Below, piece by piece: positions 10,685 through 19,199 of a DNA stretch of 64,000 bases (its first letter is position 1; each line of letters opens with the position of its first letter). The translations under genes and the position numbers were made by a program. The notes below the pieces were generated by a model, which was not told where the DNA came from, did no database searches, and saw only the letters and a program-made list of their open reading frames with translations. The stretch comes from Cyclobacteriaceae bacterium (GTDB lineage: Bacteria; Bacteroidota; Bacteroidia; Cytophagales; Cyclobacteriaceae). Location of the stretch: assembly GCA_026003355.1 (NCBI GenBank), contig BPHC01000003.1, positions 39,093 through 103,092 on the forward strand. Direction: 5' to 3'.

Positions 10685-11449
10685 ATGTATATAAGCCAGG
10701 CCGGAACCGGAAAGGCAGTGGTACTTATTCACGGGTTTTGCGAAACCCACAAAGTGTGGCAGGGCATTGCGCAGCAACTGGCAAAATCCTGCCATGTGCT
10801 GTTGCCCGACTTGCCCGGCTTTGGCAAAAGCCCTCCGCTAAACGAACCATTTACCATTGAGGATGCGGCCAGGCACCTGCTTAACCGCCTTGCTGCCGAA
10901 AAGGTTAACAGCCTGGTGGCCATTGGCCATAGCCTGGGGGGCTATGTGGCTTTGGCCATGGCGCGGCTGGACCCCCGCCGCGTAACAGCCCTTGGGTTGA
11001 TTCATTCTACAGCCCTGCCCGACAGCGAGGAACGCAAAAACAACCGCAACCGGGTAATTGAACTCATTGAAAAACACGGCCCCGGGCCGTTTATTGGTAC
11101 GTTCTTTCAAAACCTTTTTGCCAATCCGGCGCACCCCGCCCTTCAGGAGCTTATTCCGGAGGCGCAGAAAATCGAAGCCCGGACCCTTATTCATTGGACC
11201 AGAGCCATGCGCGACCGGTCCGATCAAATGCCCTTTTTGTCCGAATACCCCGGCCCGGTTTTATTTCTGGGAGGAGCAAAAGACCCGCTGATACCGCCCC
11301 AATCCCTTGAAGAACAGGCCTCCCGACTTTCGCCTAACAGGGCTGTAATTAAAATTTTGCCCGATGCAGCCCATATGGGCATGCTGGAAAACAGCGCGGA
11401 AACTTACCGGATTATAACAGGCTGGCTGGGCATGCATTTGCAGTTTTAA
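10685..11449 (+). CDS. Alpha/beta hydrolase
   Basis: VVLIHGF..LPGFGKS and the nucleophile elbow GHSLGG. 254 aa. Confidence 0.8.
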   Translation: MYISQAGTGKAVVLIHGFCETHKVWQGIAQQLAKSCHVLLPDLPGFGKSPPLNEPFTIEDAARHLLNRLAAEKVNSLVAIGHSLGGYVALAMARLDPRRVTALGLIHSTALPDSEERKNNRNRVIELIEKHGPGPFIGTFFQNLFANPAHPALQELIPEAQKIEARTLIHWTRAMRDRSDQMPFLSEYPGPVLFLGGAKDPLIPPQSLEEQASRLSPNRAVIKILPDAAHMGMLENSAETYRIITGWLGMHLQF

Positions 11450-11555
11450 TAAAATTATGGGATTATTTCTTGAATTTTACTGCTAAAGTCTATTACTTAG
11501 ATGGCGTTTTTGTGAATAAACCTCCGGCCAAGTAGGTAATCTGAAAGGCACATTT

Positions 11556-11563
11556 TATATTTG
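11556..11563 (+). promoter_or_regulatory. Candidate Bacteroidota -7 box (TATATTTG)
   Basis: Matches TAnnTTTG and lies 22 nt upstream of ATG 11585 in an AT-rich intergenic region. Confidence 0.35.
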
Positions 11564-11584
11564 TAATTAATAAACCAAAACCCT

Positions 11585-12334
11585 ATGGTTGAAGAACTTG
11601 TACAACAATACGAACCGTGGAACCGGCTGGCACAGAACTTAGCCTACGGCCTGTGGGCGCTGGCCTTACTTATTGTACTGGGGCACGTGGTAAAACTGGC
11701 CACCACCCGCGACCCGAAAATTAAGTACGATTACATAAGCCGCCATGAAATTAATATTCTGTGGATAGCCTCCATTGTTTTAATTCTGGGCTCATGCTTC
11801 TATGCCAATTCGAACATTACCGAAATCAATACCCTGATGGTGCTGGTAAGGGTATTTATTACGGTTTCCATGGGGTTAATAGCGGCTCTTATCATCCAGA
11901 ATCTGCTGAAGTTTTACTATCCTTTTTACATTGAGAAACGCCTCAAGGCCCTGCGCTACCGCCCGCGCATATCGCCCAAAACGGGCAAACCCATGAAGCT
12001 GCTTAGCGAAGAAGAGGAAGACGCCTACCTGGATGAAGGTATGCAGGCCGAAGAAAACGTATTTTCGGTTGACTATGACGTGTGGAAAGATGAGGAAACC
12101 GGTTACATTAAAATCGAAAAATATGCAGGCCACCTGCATGCCCTGGAATGTCCGGAGTGCAACTACCAAACCTTTAAAGTAGTTCGTGAAGAAATTCTCA
12201 AAGAGCCCACCGCTACCGAAGAGGGTGAGTTGCTTAAGCATTACCAGTGCAGCTATTGCGGGTATAAGGCCAAAAAAACAGTTACACTTAAGGCCGCAGC
12301 TAAATTCGAAAGCTCGGCTGCTGCTTCAGCTTAA
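11585..12334 (+). CDS. Membrane protein with C-terminal CxxC...CxxC zinc-ribbon (unknown function)
   Basis: Three to four predicted TM helices, an acidic linker, then CPECNYQTFKVV...YQCSYCGYKAKK. Followed by a strong terminator. Confidence 0.6.
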   Translation: MVEELVQQYEPWNRLAQNLAYGLWALALLIVLGHVVKLATTRDPKIKYDYISRHEINILWIASIVLILGSCFYANSNITEINTLMVLVRVFITVSMGLIAALIIQNLLKFYYPFYIEKRLKALRYRPRISPKTGKPMKLLSEEEEDAYLDEGMQAEENVFSVDYDVWKDEETGYIKIEKYAGHLHALECPECNYQTFKVVREEILKEPTATEEGELLKHYQCSYCGYKAKKTVTLKAAAKFESSAAASA

Positions 12335-12360
12335 AATTTTACTTCACTTTCTGCTTGCAT

Positions 12361-12390
12361 AAAAAATCCCGCTATGGCGGGATTTTTTTA
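12361..12390. terminator. Bidirectional rho-independent terminator
   Basis: aaaaaATCCCGCtatgGCGGGATttttttt is a 7-bp GC-rich stem flanked by an A-run and a T-run. It lies between convergent genes ending at 12334 (+) and 12415 (-). Confidence 0.75.
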
Positions 12391-12414
12391 TTGCCCGGGA
12401 GAAGAAAGGCTGTA

Positions 12415-12792
12415 TCAGCAGCAGATATCGGCAGGCAGTTTAATCTGGTCAGAATAAAACTTCATACGCGAATGCGAAGTATCCAGCAGCAGGATTTTTT
12501 CTATCGCAGCCTGTTTGTGGTTAACAAACACCTCAACGAGCAAATTGCCCAGCACGTAAAGATTTATCTTATATCCGTAATAACGTATGGCCATAACAAA
12601 TGAGCCTTGTTCGTACAGCATTCTTACTTTCCGGTCCATTGGCCATGTGTTGAATTCCTCCCAGGTAATCATGAGATAAACATACACAAAAAGAAATACC
12701 ACTGCAAAGCGTTTAACCTGCAGTTGGGTCTTTTTCTCAGGCTGTGATTTTACAGGAGGTGTTCTGTAAGAAATGCCACCGTTCTTTCCCAT
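12415..12792 (-). CDS. Hypothetical small protein
   Basis: Open frame with no recognisable domain and a possible TM helix (FAVVFLFVYVYLMI). ATG 12792 overlaps the upstream hydrolase gene by 43 nt; an alternative ATG at 12672 gives MITWEEF... Confidence 0.4.
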   Translation of the reverse strand: MGKNGGISYRTPPVKSQPEKKTQLQVKRFAVVFLFVYVYLMITWEEFNTWPMDRKVRMLYEQGSFVMAIRYYGYKINLYVLGNLLVEVFVNHKQAAIEKILLLDTSHSRMKFYSDQIKLPADICC

Positions 12793-13610
12793 GCCAGCCT
12801 GGCCACTTCGGCATTGTACCGGGCAGGTGAGGTGTCGTTGTTAAAGGCGTGCTGAGCACCCTCGTACACATACAACTGATAGCGCACTCCGGCCTTTTTC
12901 AGTGCTTCTTCGTATGCGGGGATACCTACATTTATTCGCTCGTCTAAACCCGCATAGTGAAGCAACATAGCTGCTTTGATTTTGGGTACTTCAGAAAGCT
13001 CGGGCTGGCGTCCGTAATACGCAACAGCTGCGCGCAACTCCGGAACATGAACGGCCAGGTTATTAGCCATGGCGCCACCCCAGCAAAAGCCCACACATCC
13101 TAACTTGCCGTTGCAGTCCTTTCGGGTTTTAATGTAGTCAAAGCCTCTTATAAAATTCTTAAGGGTTTTGGCGGCATCCAGTTTTTGAAACAGCTCGCGT
13201 GCCTTATCAGAGTCATCGGGTGTTCCGCCCAGTGGTGCCAGGGCATTGGGTGCAAAGGCCAGAAAACCCTCCAGGGCCATCCGGCGGGTTACATCTTCTA
13301 TGTGGGGGTTTAACCCCCGGTTTTCGTGAATAACCATAACAGCCGGATATTTTGCCTGCTTTACGGGCCGGGCCACATAAGCCTGCATGCTGTCGCCTTC
13401 CTCGCCCGCGTAAGAAACATATTCAGTAAACAGCCGTTCATCCTGATGGGCTATGGTGGCAGCATGGGTATAGTTTACTTCTATGAGAGGCAAGACGGCC
13501 ATGGCAGCCGCGGTGCTTCCGGTAAGCTGCACCAGCTTGCGCAGAAATTCTTCGCGGCTTAGCGGTTTGTGGGTGTATTCATCGTAGAGGTTAATAATGC
13601 GCTGGTCCAT
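12750..13610 (-). CDS. Dienelactone hydrolase family protein
   Basis: The start is set at MDQRIINLYDEY (13610) because the track's N-terminal extension runs into the tRNA gene. Motifs AVMVIHENRGLNPHIEDV and GCVGFCWGG are present. Confidence 0.8.
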   Translation of the reverse strand: MDQRIINLYDEYTHKPLSREEFLRKLVQLTGSTAAAMAVLPLIEVNYTHAATIAHQDERLFTEYVSYAGEEGDSMQAYVARPVKQAKYPAVMVIHENRGLNPHIEDVTRRMALEGFLAFAPNALAPLGGTPDDSDKARELFQKLDAAKTLKNFIRGFDYIKTRKDCNGKLGCVGFCWGGAMANNLAVHVPELRAAVAYYGRQPELSEVPKIKAAMLLHYAGLDERINVGIPAYEEALKKAGVRYQLYVYEGAQHAFNNDTSPARYNAEVARLAWERTVAFLTEHLL

Positions 13611-13696
13611 GGGGCAGGATTTTTCAGAATAATCCAAAAAACCCGTTAAAGACCCAATGAAATTTGCACGAACGGTAAGGGCGGCAGAAAAAGAAG

Positions 13697-13771
13697 GGTG
13701 GAAGATGGGACTCGAACCCACGACCCTCAGAACCACAATCTGATGCTCTAACCAACTGAGCTACATCCACC
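13697..13771 (-). tRNA. tRNA-His (anticodon GTG)
   Basis: Hand-folded cloverleaf on the reverse complement: g-1, acceptor gtggatg/cttccac, D arm gctc..gagc, anticodon arm tcaga-ttGTGgt-tctga, T arm gtggg-ttcgagt-cccat, discriminator C. CCA is not encoded. Confidence 0.85.
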
Positions 13772-13809
13772 GTATAACGTTCGCAAGGAGTGTTTGCGAT
13801 ACGGGAGGG

Positions 13810-13817
13810 CAAAGTTA
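13810..13817 (-). promoter_or_regulatory. Candidate -7 box (TAACTTTG) for tRNA-His
   Basis: The reverse complement of caaagtta matches TAnnTTTG, about 39 nt upstream of the tRNA 5' end. Confidence 0.35.
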
Positions 13818-13840
13818 AACAGCCGAAGGCGATTTGCAAA

Positions 13841-15184
13841 CTACCTTCGGGGTGTAAAAGTTAGCCGCATGCCCGGGCGGCTTTCGTTGAACTGCCCGTT
13901 GCTCCAGGCCAGGTGGCCGGAAACCCAGGTGTGCATTACGCGCGAGCGGAAGGTGTAGCCCTCAAAGGGCGACCAGCCGCATTTGGCCAGAATGTTTTCG
14001 GTCGAAACGGTCCAGGGATTATTCAGGTCAACAGCTACCAGGTCGGCATAGAACCCTTCGCGTATAAAGCCGCGTTTCTCAATGCCAAACAGCAGGGCGG
14101 GGTTGTGGCACATTTTGGTTACCAGGCGTTCGAGCGAAATTTTTTTTTGATGATAAAATTCCAGCATGGCCGGAAGGCTGTGCTGCACGAGCGGTCCGCC
14201 GGAAGGTGCCTGAAAGTAGGGCCGCATTTTTTCTTCGCGGGTGTGCGGCGCATGGTCGGTTGCAATTACGTCAATCCGGTCTTCGAGCAGGGCTTGCCAT
14301 ATCCCCTCGCGGTCGGCCGGGCTTTTAATGGCAGGATTCCATTTTATAAAGTTGCCCAGCCGGGCGTAATCTGCGCTGCTAAACCACAGGTGGTGAATGC
14401 ACGCTTCTGCCGTAATATTTTTTTCGGTAACGGGGCCGGGGTTAAAAAGAGCAGTTTCTTTGGCTGTTGAAATGTGCAGAACATGCAGGCGGGTGTTGTA
14501 TTTACGCGCCAGGCTTACAGCAAGGCTTGACGACAGGTAGCAGCTTTCTTCGCTGCGGATAATCGGGTGCATTTCAACCGGTACATCATCACCGTACTGT
14601 TTGCGGAACTGTTCGGAGTTTTGTCTTATGGTAGTTTCGTCTTCGCAATGGGTGGCAATAAGCAGGGGAACTTCGGCAAAAAATCTTTCCAGAGCCACGG
14701 GGTCGTCTACCAGCAAGTCTCCGGTCGATGAGCCCATAAAAATTTTTAAACCACAAACATAGTGTGGATCAACCCGCAGCACTTCTTCGAGATTGGTGTT
14801 TGAGGCACCGATATAAAAAGAATAATTGGCCAGCGAAAACCTGGCGGCAAGCTCAAATTTTTGCTCCAGCAGCTCGCGGGTAAAAGCAGGCGGAACCGTA
14901 TTGGGCATTTCAAGGTAAGAAGTAATGCCTCCGGCTACGGCTGCTTTGGCTTCGGTGTAAATGGTGGCTTTGTGGGTAAGGCCTGGTTCGCGAAAATGCA
15001 CCTGGTCGTCAATCACCCCGGGCAACAGGTAAAGACCCTTCAGGTCTGTTATCTGATCGGCATTCAGGTGCTGGAGGTTGTTTTCAATCCTTTCAATGAA
15101 AGGCCCCTTTAGCAGTACATCGGCCGCAAACACCTTTCCTTCGTTAACTATATTTGCGTTAAGCAGCAGCGTAGTTTTCATCAT
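13841..15184 (-). CDS. pyrC: Dihydroorotase (amidohydrolase, multifunctional-complex type)
   Basis: 447 aa. Contains LLPGVIDDQVHFREPG (metal-binding HxH-type motif) and ..ATDHAPH.., with a typical N-terminus MMKTTLLLNANIVNEG. Confidence 0.85.
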   Translation of the reverse strand: MMKTTLLLNANIVNEGKVFAADVLLKGPFIERIENNLQHLNADQITDLKGLYLLPGVIDDQVHFREPGLTHKATIYTEAKAAVAGGITSYLEMPNTVPPAFTRELLEQKFELAARFSLANYSFYIGASNTNLEEVLRVDPHYVCGLKIFMGSSTGDLLVDDPVALERFFAEVPLLIATHCEDETTIRQNSEQFRKQYGDDVPVEMHPIIRSEESCYLSSSLAVSLARKYNTRLHVLHISTAKETALFNPGPVTEKNITAEACIHHLWFSSADYARLGNFIKWNPAIKSPADREGIWQALLEDRIDVIATDHAPHTREEKMRPYFQAPSGGPLVQHSLPAMLEFYHQKKISLERLVTKMCHNPALLFGIEKRGFIREGFYADLVAVDLNNPWTVSTENILAKCGWSPFEGYTFRSRVMHTWVSGHLAWSNGQFNESRPGMRLTFTPRR

Positions 15185-15194
15185 CCCAAAAGTA

Positions 15195-16448
15195 ATGAAA
15201 GAACCGACCTCCTTTACCGACCTGGGGTTGAATCCTCAACTTATCAGGGCACTTGCCGGGGCGGGATATGAAAAACCTACCGAAATTCAGCGCAAAAGCA
15301 TCCCTCCGATACTGGCCGGGCAGGCCGTAATAGGCATAGCCCAAACCGGAACGGGCAAAACCGCTGCCTATTTGCTGCCGGTGCTGTTCAGGATTAAGTA
15401 TGCCGATGGCAGTGAACCCCGTGCACTCATACTGCTTCCCACCAAAGAGCTGGCCGTACAGGTAGCTGCCTATGCGCGTAAGCTGGCCATTTATACCGAT
15501 ATAAGAATTGTTGAATTGTATGGAGGGGTTGGTTTGAAAAGGCAGGTAGAGCAACTGGGCGCGGGAGCAGACGTAGTGGTGGCCACGCCAGGCCGGTTTA
15601 TGGAGTTGTATTTAAGAGGCGAGCTGCCCGTAAAGCAAATAAAAACCCTGGTACTGGATGAAGCCGACCGCATGATGGACATGGGCTTTATGCCCCAGCT
15701 GCGCAGGATTTTTGAGGTAATACCCCAAAAACGACAAAACCTTTTGTTTTCGGCTACCTTTCCGCCCCGGGTAGAAAAGCTGGCAGAAGAATTTCTGGAA
15801 TTTCCGGTACGCGTAGAGGTTACCCCGCAGGCCACCGTGGCCGACCGCATTGAACAGCAACTGTACTACGTACCCAATTTGAAAACCAAAATAAACTTTG
15901 TTGAGTACCTGTTGCGTCAGCCCGGTTTTACGCGGGTATTGATTTTTACGCGCACGCGCGCTTCGGCCAACCACGTATACCGGTTTCTGGAACGGAAAAA
16001 GCTGGGTCCGGTACGGGTTATTCATTCAAACAAAAGCCAAAACACCCGCATAAATGCCATGCAGCAATTAAAAGAAGGAAATTTGCGGGTTCTTGTTTCG
16101 ACCGATGTAAGTGCGCGCGGTATTGATGTAAGCCGCCTTTCGCATGTGATAAATTTTGATGTTCCCCTAATGTACGATGACTATGTGCATCGCATTGGGC
16201 GTACCGGGCGGGCACTTGAAACCGGAGTGGCCATTACCCTGGCAACCGAGGCCGACCGGTATCATATCAAAAAAATTGAGGCCCTGATACGCCAGTCCAT
16301 TCCGGTGTGCAACCTGCCCGAAGGGGTGCAGGTTGAGGAGACACCGCAGCAAGAGCTGCAGCAAATGCGCAGGGAAATAGACGAACAGAAAAAAAAGGAA
16401 AACCCGGAATACCGGGGAGCCTTTCATGAAAAAAAACGCAAATATTAG
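15195..16448 (+). CDS. DEAD-box ATP-dependent RNA helicase
   Basis: Q-motif (FTDLGL..PTEIQ), AQTGTGKT, DEAD, SAT and HRIGRTGR are present, plus a basic C-terminal tail. The start is set at MKEPTSF (ATG 15195); the track start 15078 is antisense to pyrC. Confidence 0.9.
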   Translation: MKEPTSFTDLGLNPQLIRALAGAGYEKPTEIQRKSIPPILAGQAVIGIAQTGTGKTAAYLLPVLFRIKYADGSEPRALILLPTKELAVQVAAYARKLAIYTDIRIVELYGGVGLKRQVEQLGAGADVVVATPGRFMELYLRGELPVKQIKTLVLDEADRMMDMGFMPQLRRIFEVIPQKRQNLLFSATFPPRVEKLAEEFLEFPVRVEVTPQATVADRIEQQLYYVPNLKTKINFVEYLLRQPGFTRVLIFTRTRASANHVYRFLERKKLGPVRVIHSNKSQNTRINAMQQLKEGNLRVLVSTDVSARGIDVSRLSHVINFDVPLMYDDYVHRIGRTGRALETGVAITLATEADRYHIKKIEALIRQSIPVCNLPEGVQVEETPQQELQQMRREIDEQKKKENPEYRGAFHEKKRKY

Positions 16449-17902
16449 GGCAGTTCTTCGCCCAGGTTTCGTATGCCGGCAGCCCAGTATAGCAATGCCT
16501 TTTGCTTGCTGTAATCCGACAGCAGCTTAAGCCACTTTCCCTGCGTGCGCAACAGATATTCGAGCTGAAGGTTAATCTTGAACAAGTCGCTTTCTCCCAT
16601 TCTTAAATTTAACAGCTCAGCCTGCAGCAGGCGTTCATAATTGTTAACCATGTCGAGCTGGTTGTTTAATACTGATGCTGTGGTAACCAGTGTGTTATAG
16701 GTAGCCTGCAGATTGTTTACAATTTGCCTTTCGGTAAGCATGCGATCGTATTCGGTAGCGGTAATTTTTAATTTGGTTTGAGCCAGCTTGGCGCGTTCTT
16801 TTCTTAGAAACAGCGGAAAGCTGAAGTCTAGGCCAAATTTATAGTCGTTGGCGGGGGAAAAATGGGCGTTGCCTTCGGGGTCGAAGGGCTGGTTAAGCAG
16901 GTAATATTTTAAATCAAGCCTGGGTTTAAGGAATTCGGCATTCAGGCGTCTTTCCACATCGAGTTGCAAAAGTTTAACCGATAGTTTGCGCAGGTCTGGG
17001 TGGTTTATGCGCGCCTGGGCACGCAACGCCTCCAGTTCGCTGGCCGAGAGGGCAAACATTTCCGGTTCGGGCACGGGAATCCAGTTGGTGGGCAGGTCAA
17101 CAGGATTGCCGAGGCTGTCCCACAAAAAAGTGCTTATGGTTACACCTGCATTTAAAAAGCCGAGCAGGGCCTCCTGCCGTTCGATGATGCGGCTTTGCAG
17201 GGTAATGAGGGCTTGTACAGTATCGATGGCCGAGGCTTCACCCATTTGGGCATTCAGCCGTGTGCGTTCAAAGATTTCGGTGGCTACGGCCACGCCCCGG
17301 TCCTGCAGGCGGAAGAGGTAATAGGAATAAAACCAGTTCCAGTATTCTTTTGCAGCGTCTAATAACACCTTATTTATCATAGAAACCTGTTCGGCTTCGG
17401 TAAGGTCTTTAAACAATTCGGCCTGGCGCAGGGCGGCCCGGCGGGTATCGGTTAGCAGGCCCTGCCCCAGTGGAAGGGCCAGGGCCGCATAAAGCTGCCG
17501 GTAGTTATACTCAGGCGGAATGTAAGATTCGGAGCTAAGGTAGGTGCCTGAATTTCGTTCCAGGCCTACGGCGGGGTCTAACGGAAAGAGGCTGGGAAAC
17601 TTAATCTGGGCATTCAGCTTATCGTAGTATTCGGTGTTGTTGAAATTTTTGGTGAGGTAAGTTATTTCAGCTTTGGGGTCGAAGTTTCCCCGTGCCAGTC
17701 GTATTTCCTGGCGCGCCACTTCGCTGAGCAGGGCTGCCTGCCGGGCTAAGGGATGATTTTTAATTACCAACTGATAGAAACCTTCCAGCGTAAGCGCTGT
17801 GGCCGTGTCGGGAGTAGCAAACAGGGTGTCGTACCGGAACTGGGCGAACAGCCCTGTCACGGGAAATAAACACCATGTAAGTACAAGCTTAATACGCATC
17901 AT
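16445..17902 (-). CDS. TolC-family outer-membrane protein of the ABC/HlyD exporter
   Basis: The signal peptide MMRIKLVLTWCLFPVTGLFAQ starts at 17902 and overlaps the HlyD stop by 14 nt. The sequence is a TolC-like two-repeat. Confidence 0.8.
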   Translation of the reverse strand: MMRIKLVLTWCLFPVTGLFAQFRYDTLFATPDTATALTLEGFYQLVIKNHPLARQAALLSEVARQEIRLARGNFDPKAEITYLTKNFNNTEYYDKLNAQIKFPSLFPLDPAVGLERNSGTYLSSESYIPPEYNYRQLYAALALPLGQGLLTDTRRAALRQAELFKDLTEAEQVSMINKVLLDAAKEYWNWFYSYYLFRLQDRGVAVATEIFERTRLNAQMGEASAIDTVQALITLQSRIIERQEALLGFLNAGVTISTFLWDSLGNPVDLPTNWIPVPEPEMFALSASELEALRAQARINHPDLRKLSVKLLQLDVERRLNAEFLKPRLDLKYYLLNQPFDPEGNAHFSPANDYKFGLDFSFPLFLRKERAKLAQTKLKITATEYDRMLTERQIVNNLQATYNTLVTTASVLNNQLDMVNNYERLLQAELLNLRMGESDLFKINLQLEYLLRTQGKWLKLLSDYSKQKALLYWAAGIRNLGEELP

Positions 17903-19196
17903 CAGAGGTTTTTCCGGCCGGTGATTTTTTCTCAATTACATCTTCCAGCGGTTCCTGGTACAGGCTGGGCGGGAAACCGTTAAGCTGTCGCCATATTTCA
18001 TACCAAATGGGCACATCATCCAGCATTACCCAGCCTTTTATGCCCGAGCCTACGCGCAGCTGTTTCGGCCAGGGTGTATCGGTTGAGTCGGGTACAATGA
18101 GCAGCCTAAACTCTCCGGGCCCGGTGTTTACCATGTCAATTACCCGTACCACGCCTCCAAAGGTACCGACCGACACACTGGGCCAGCCGGAGAACTGAAG
18201 GGCGGGCCAGCCATCAAAAATAATACGCACTTTGCGCCCCTTGCTTACCAAGGGTACGTCCATGGCACGGATGTACATTTCGGCCGCAATGTCGGTTGGG
18301 GTTTCGGCTGCCGGCATAATCATGCAAACCGCATCGCCTTCTTTTATGGTTTCGCCAATACCGGCCTTCATGGCTTTTACCACAATGCCGTCTTGCGGGG
18401 CAATTATCTGGTATTGCTGGTTGCGGATTTGCATATTGGCGTATTCGTTGCGCAGTTTGGCCAGCTCGGCTTCGGTTTCAAAAATCTCGGCCCGGGTTTG
18501 GTTGCGGTCTGATTCGGCCTTGCTTATTTTATCCAGGTATTCGGCCTGCACCCGGTTCAGTTCAATTTGGGCATTTACGTAGTCGGCCTGTGCCCCGCGG
18601 TACCTGTATTCAATTTCCTGGAATTTGGTTAAAGGAATGTTGCCGGCCTCATACAGGGTTTTGTTCCGTTCGTATTGATTCTTCAGGTTTTCGAACCGGA
18701 TTTGCTCGGCATCGAGTTTGGCTTTGGCCTGGTTGATTTTATTGTCCATGGCCTGCCTTAGGGCTTCAATTTGCCGGGCAAGTGCGCTGGCTTTTTCATG
18801 CTTGGCAAAAAGACCCTGTTGTTTGGCCTCGATTTGCTGGCTTAGGCGCAGCAGCAACAGGGGGTCGAAATACTTTTCACGGATTTCACTAAGGGTAATA
18901 ATGGTATCGCCCTTTTCTACATATTGTCCTTCCTGCACGTGCCATTTCTGGATACGGCCGGCAATGGCTGTTTCAACGGTTTGGGGCCGGTTGCCCGGGT
19001 TAAAGGGTGTTACCTTGCCGGTGCCCCTTATATTTTGCTGCCAGGGTAAAAATAGCATAACAATAAAAATGAGCAGCACCACCATGAAGAACCGGGCAAT
19101 GATGAGGCCAGCACGCGGCGTTTTAATGGCGCGGAGCGAGTAAAGCTTTTCCTGCTCAACGATGCGATCAATTTTGCTTTTAGAAAGGTTAAGCAT
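17889..19196 (-). CDS. HlyD-family secretion adaptor protein
   Basis: N-terminal TM anchor, long coiled coil (QAKAKLDAEQIRFENLKNQYERNKTLYEAG...) and a beta-barrel C-terminus. It lies between the ABC and TolC genes. Confidence 0.85.
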   Translation of the reverse strand: MLNLSKSKIDRIVEQEKLYSLRAIKTPRAGLIIARFFMVVLLIFIVMLFLPWQQNIRGTGKVTPFNPGNRPQTVETAIAGRIQKWHVQEGQYVEKGDTIITLSEIREKYFDPLLLLRLSQQIEAKQQGLFAKHEKASALARQIEALRQAMDNKINQAKAKLDAEQIRFENLKNQYERNKTLYEAGNIPLTKFQEIEYRYRGAQADYVNAQIELNRVQAEYLDKISKAESDRNQTRAEIFETEAELAKLRNEYANMQIRNQQYQIIAPQDGIVVKAMKAGIGETIKEGDAVCMIMPAAETPTDIAAEMYIRAMDVPLVSKGRKVRIIFDGWPALQFSGWPSVSVGTFGGVVRVIDMVNTGPGEFRLLIVPDSTDTPWPKQLRVGSGIKGWVMLDDVPIWYEIWRQLNGFPPSLYQEPLEDVIEKKSPAGKTSDDAY

Positions 19197-19199
19197 AGG

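Noticed and set aside
9410-10795. A 461-aa ORF antisense to dxs and the hydrolase gene.
   Set aside because: It lies entirely opposite a gene with unmistakable Dxs motifs. Its translation is low-complexity with no recognisable domain. Long stop-free antisense frames are expected at this GC content and codon bias.
12355-12603. An 82-aa plus-strand ORF.
   Set aside because: It starts inside the bidirectional terminator hairpin and is antisense to the minus-strand ORF. Its sequence looks random (MHKKSRYGGIFLLPGRRKAVS..).
13624-13839. A 71-aa ORF, and the N-terminal extension of ORF 12750-13736.
   Set aside because: Both run through the tRNA-His gene (13697-13771). The hydrolase has a sensible start at 13610.
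13823-13850. The hairpin ccgaagg/ccttcgg as an independent ncRNA or riboswitch element.
   Set aside because: It overlaps the last codons and stop of pyrC. It is best explained as a weak pyrC 3' terminator or stabiliser stem, and no conserved riboswitch features were recognised.
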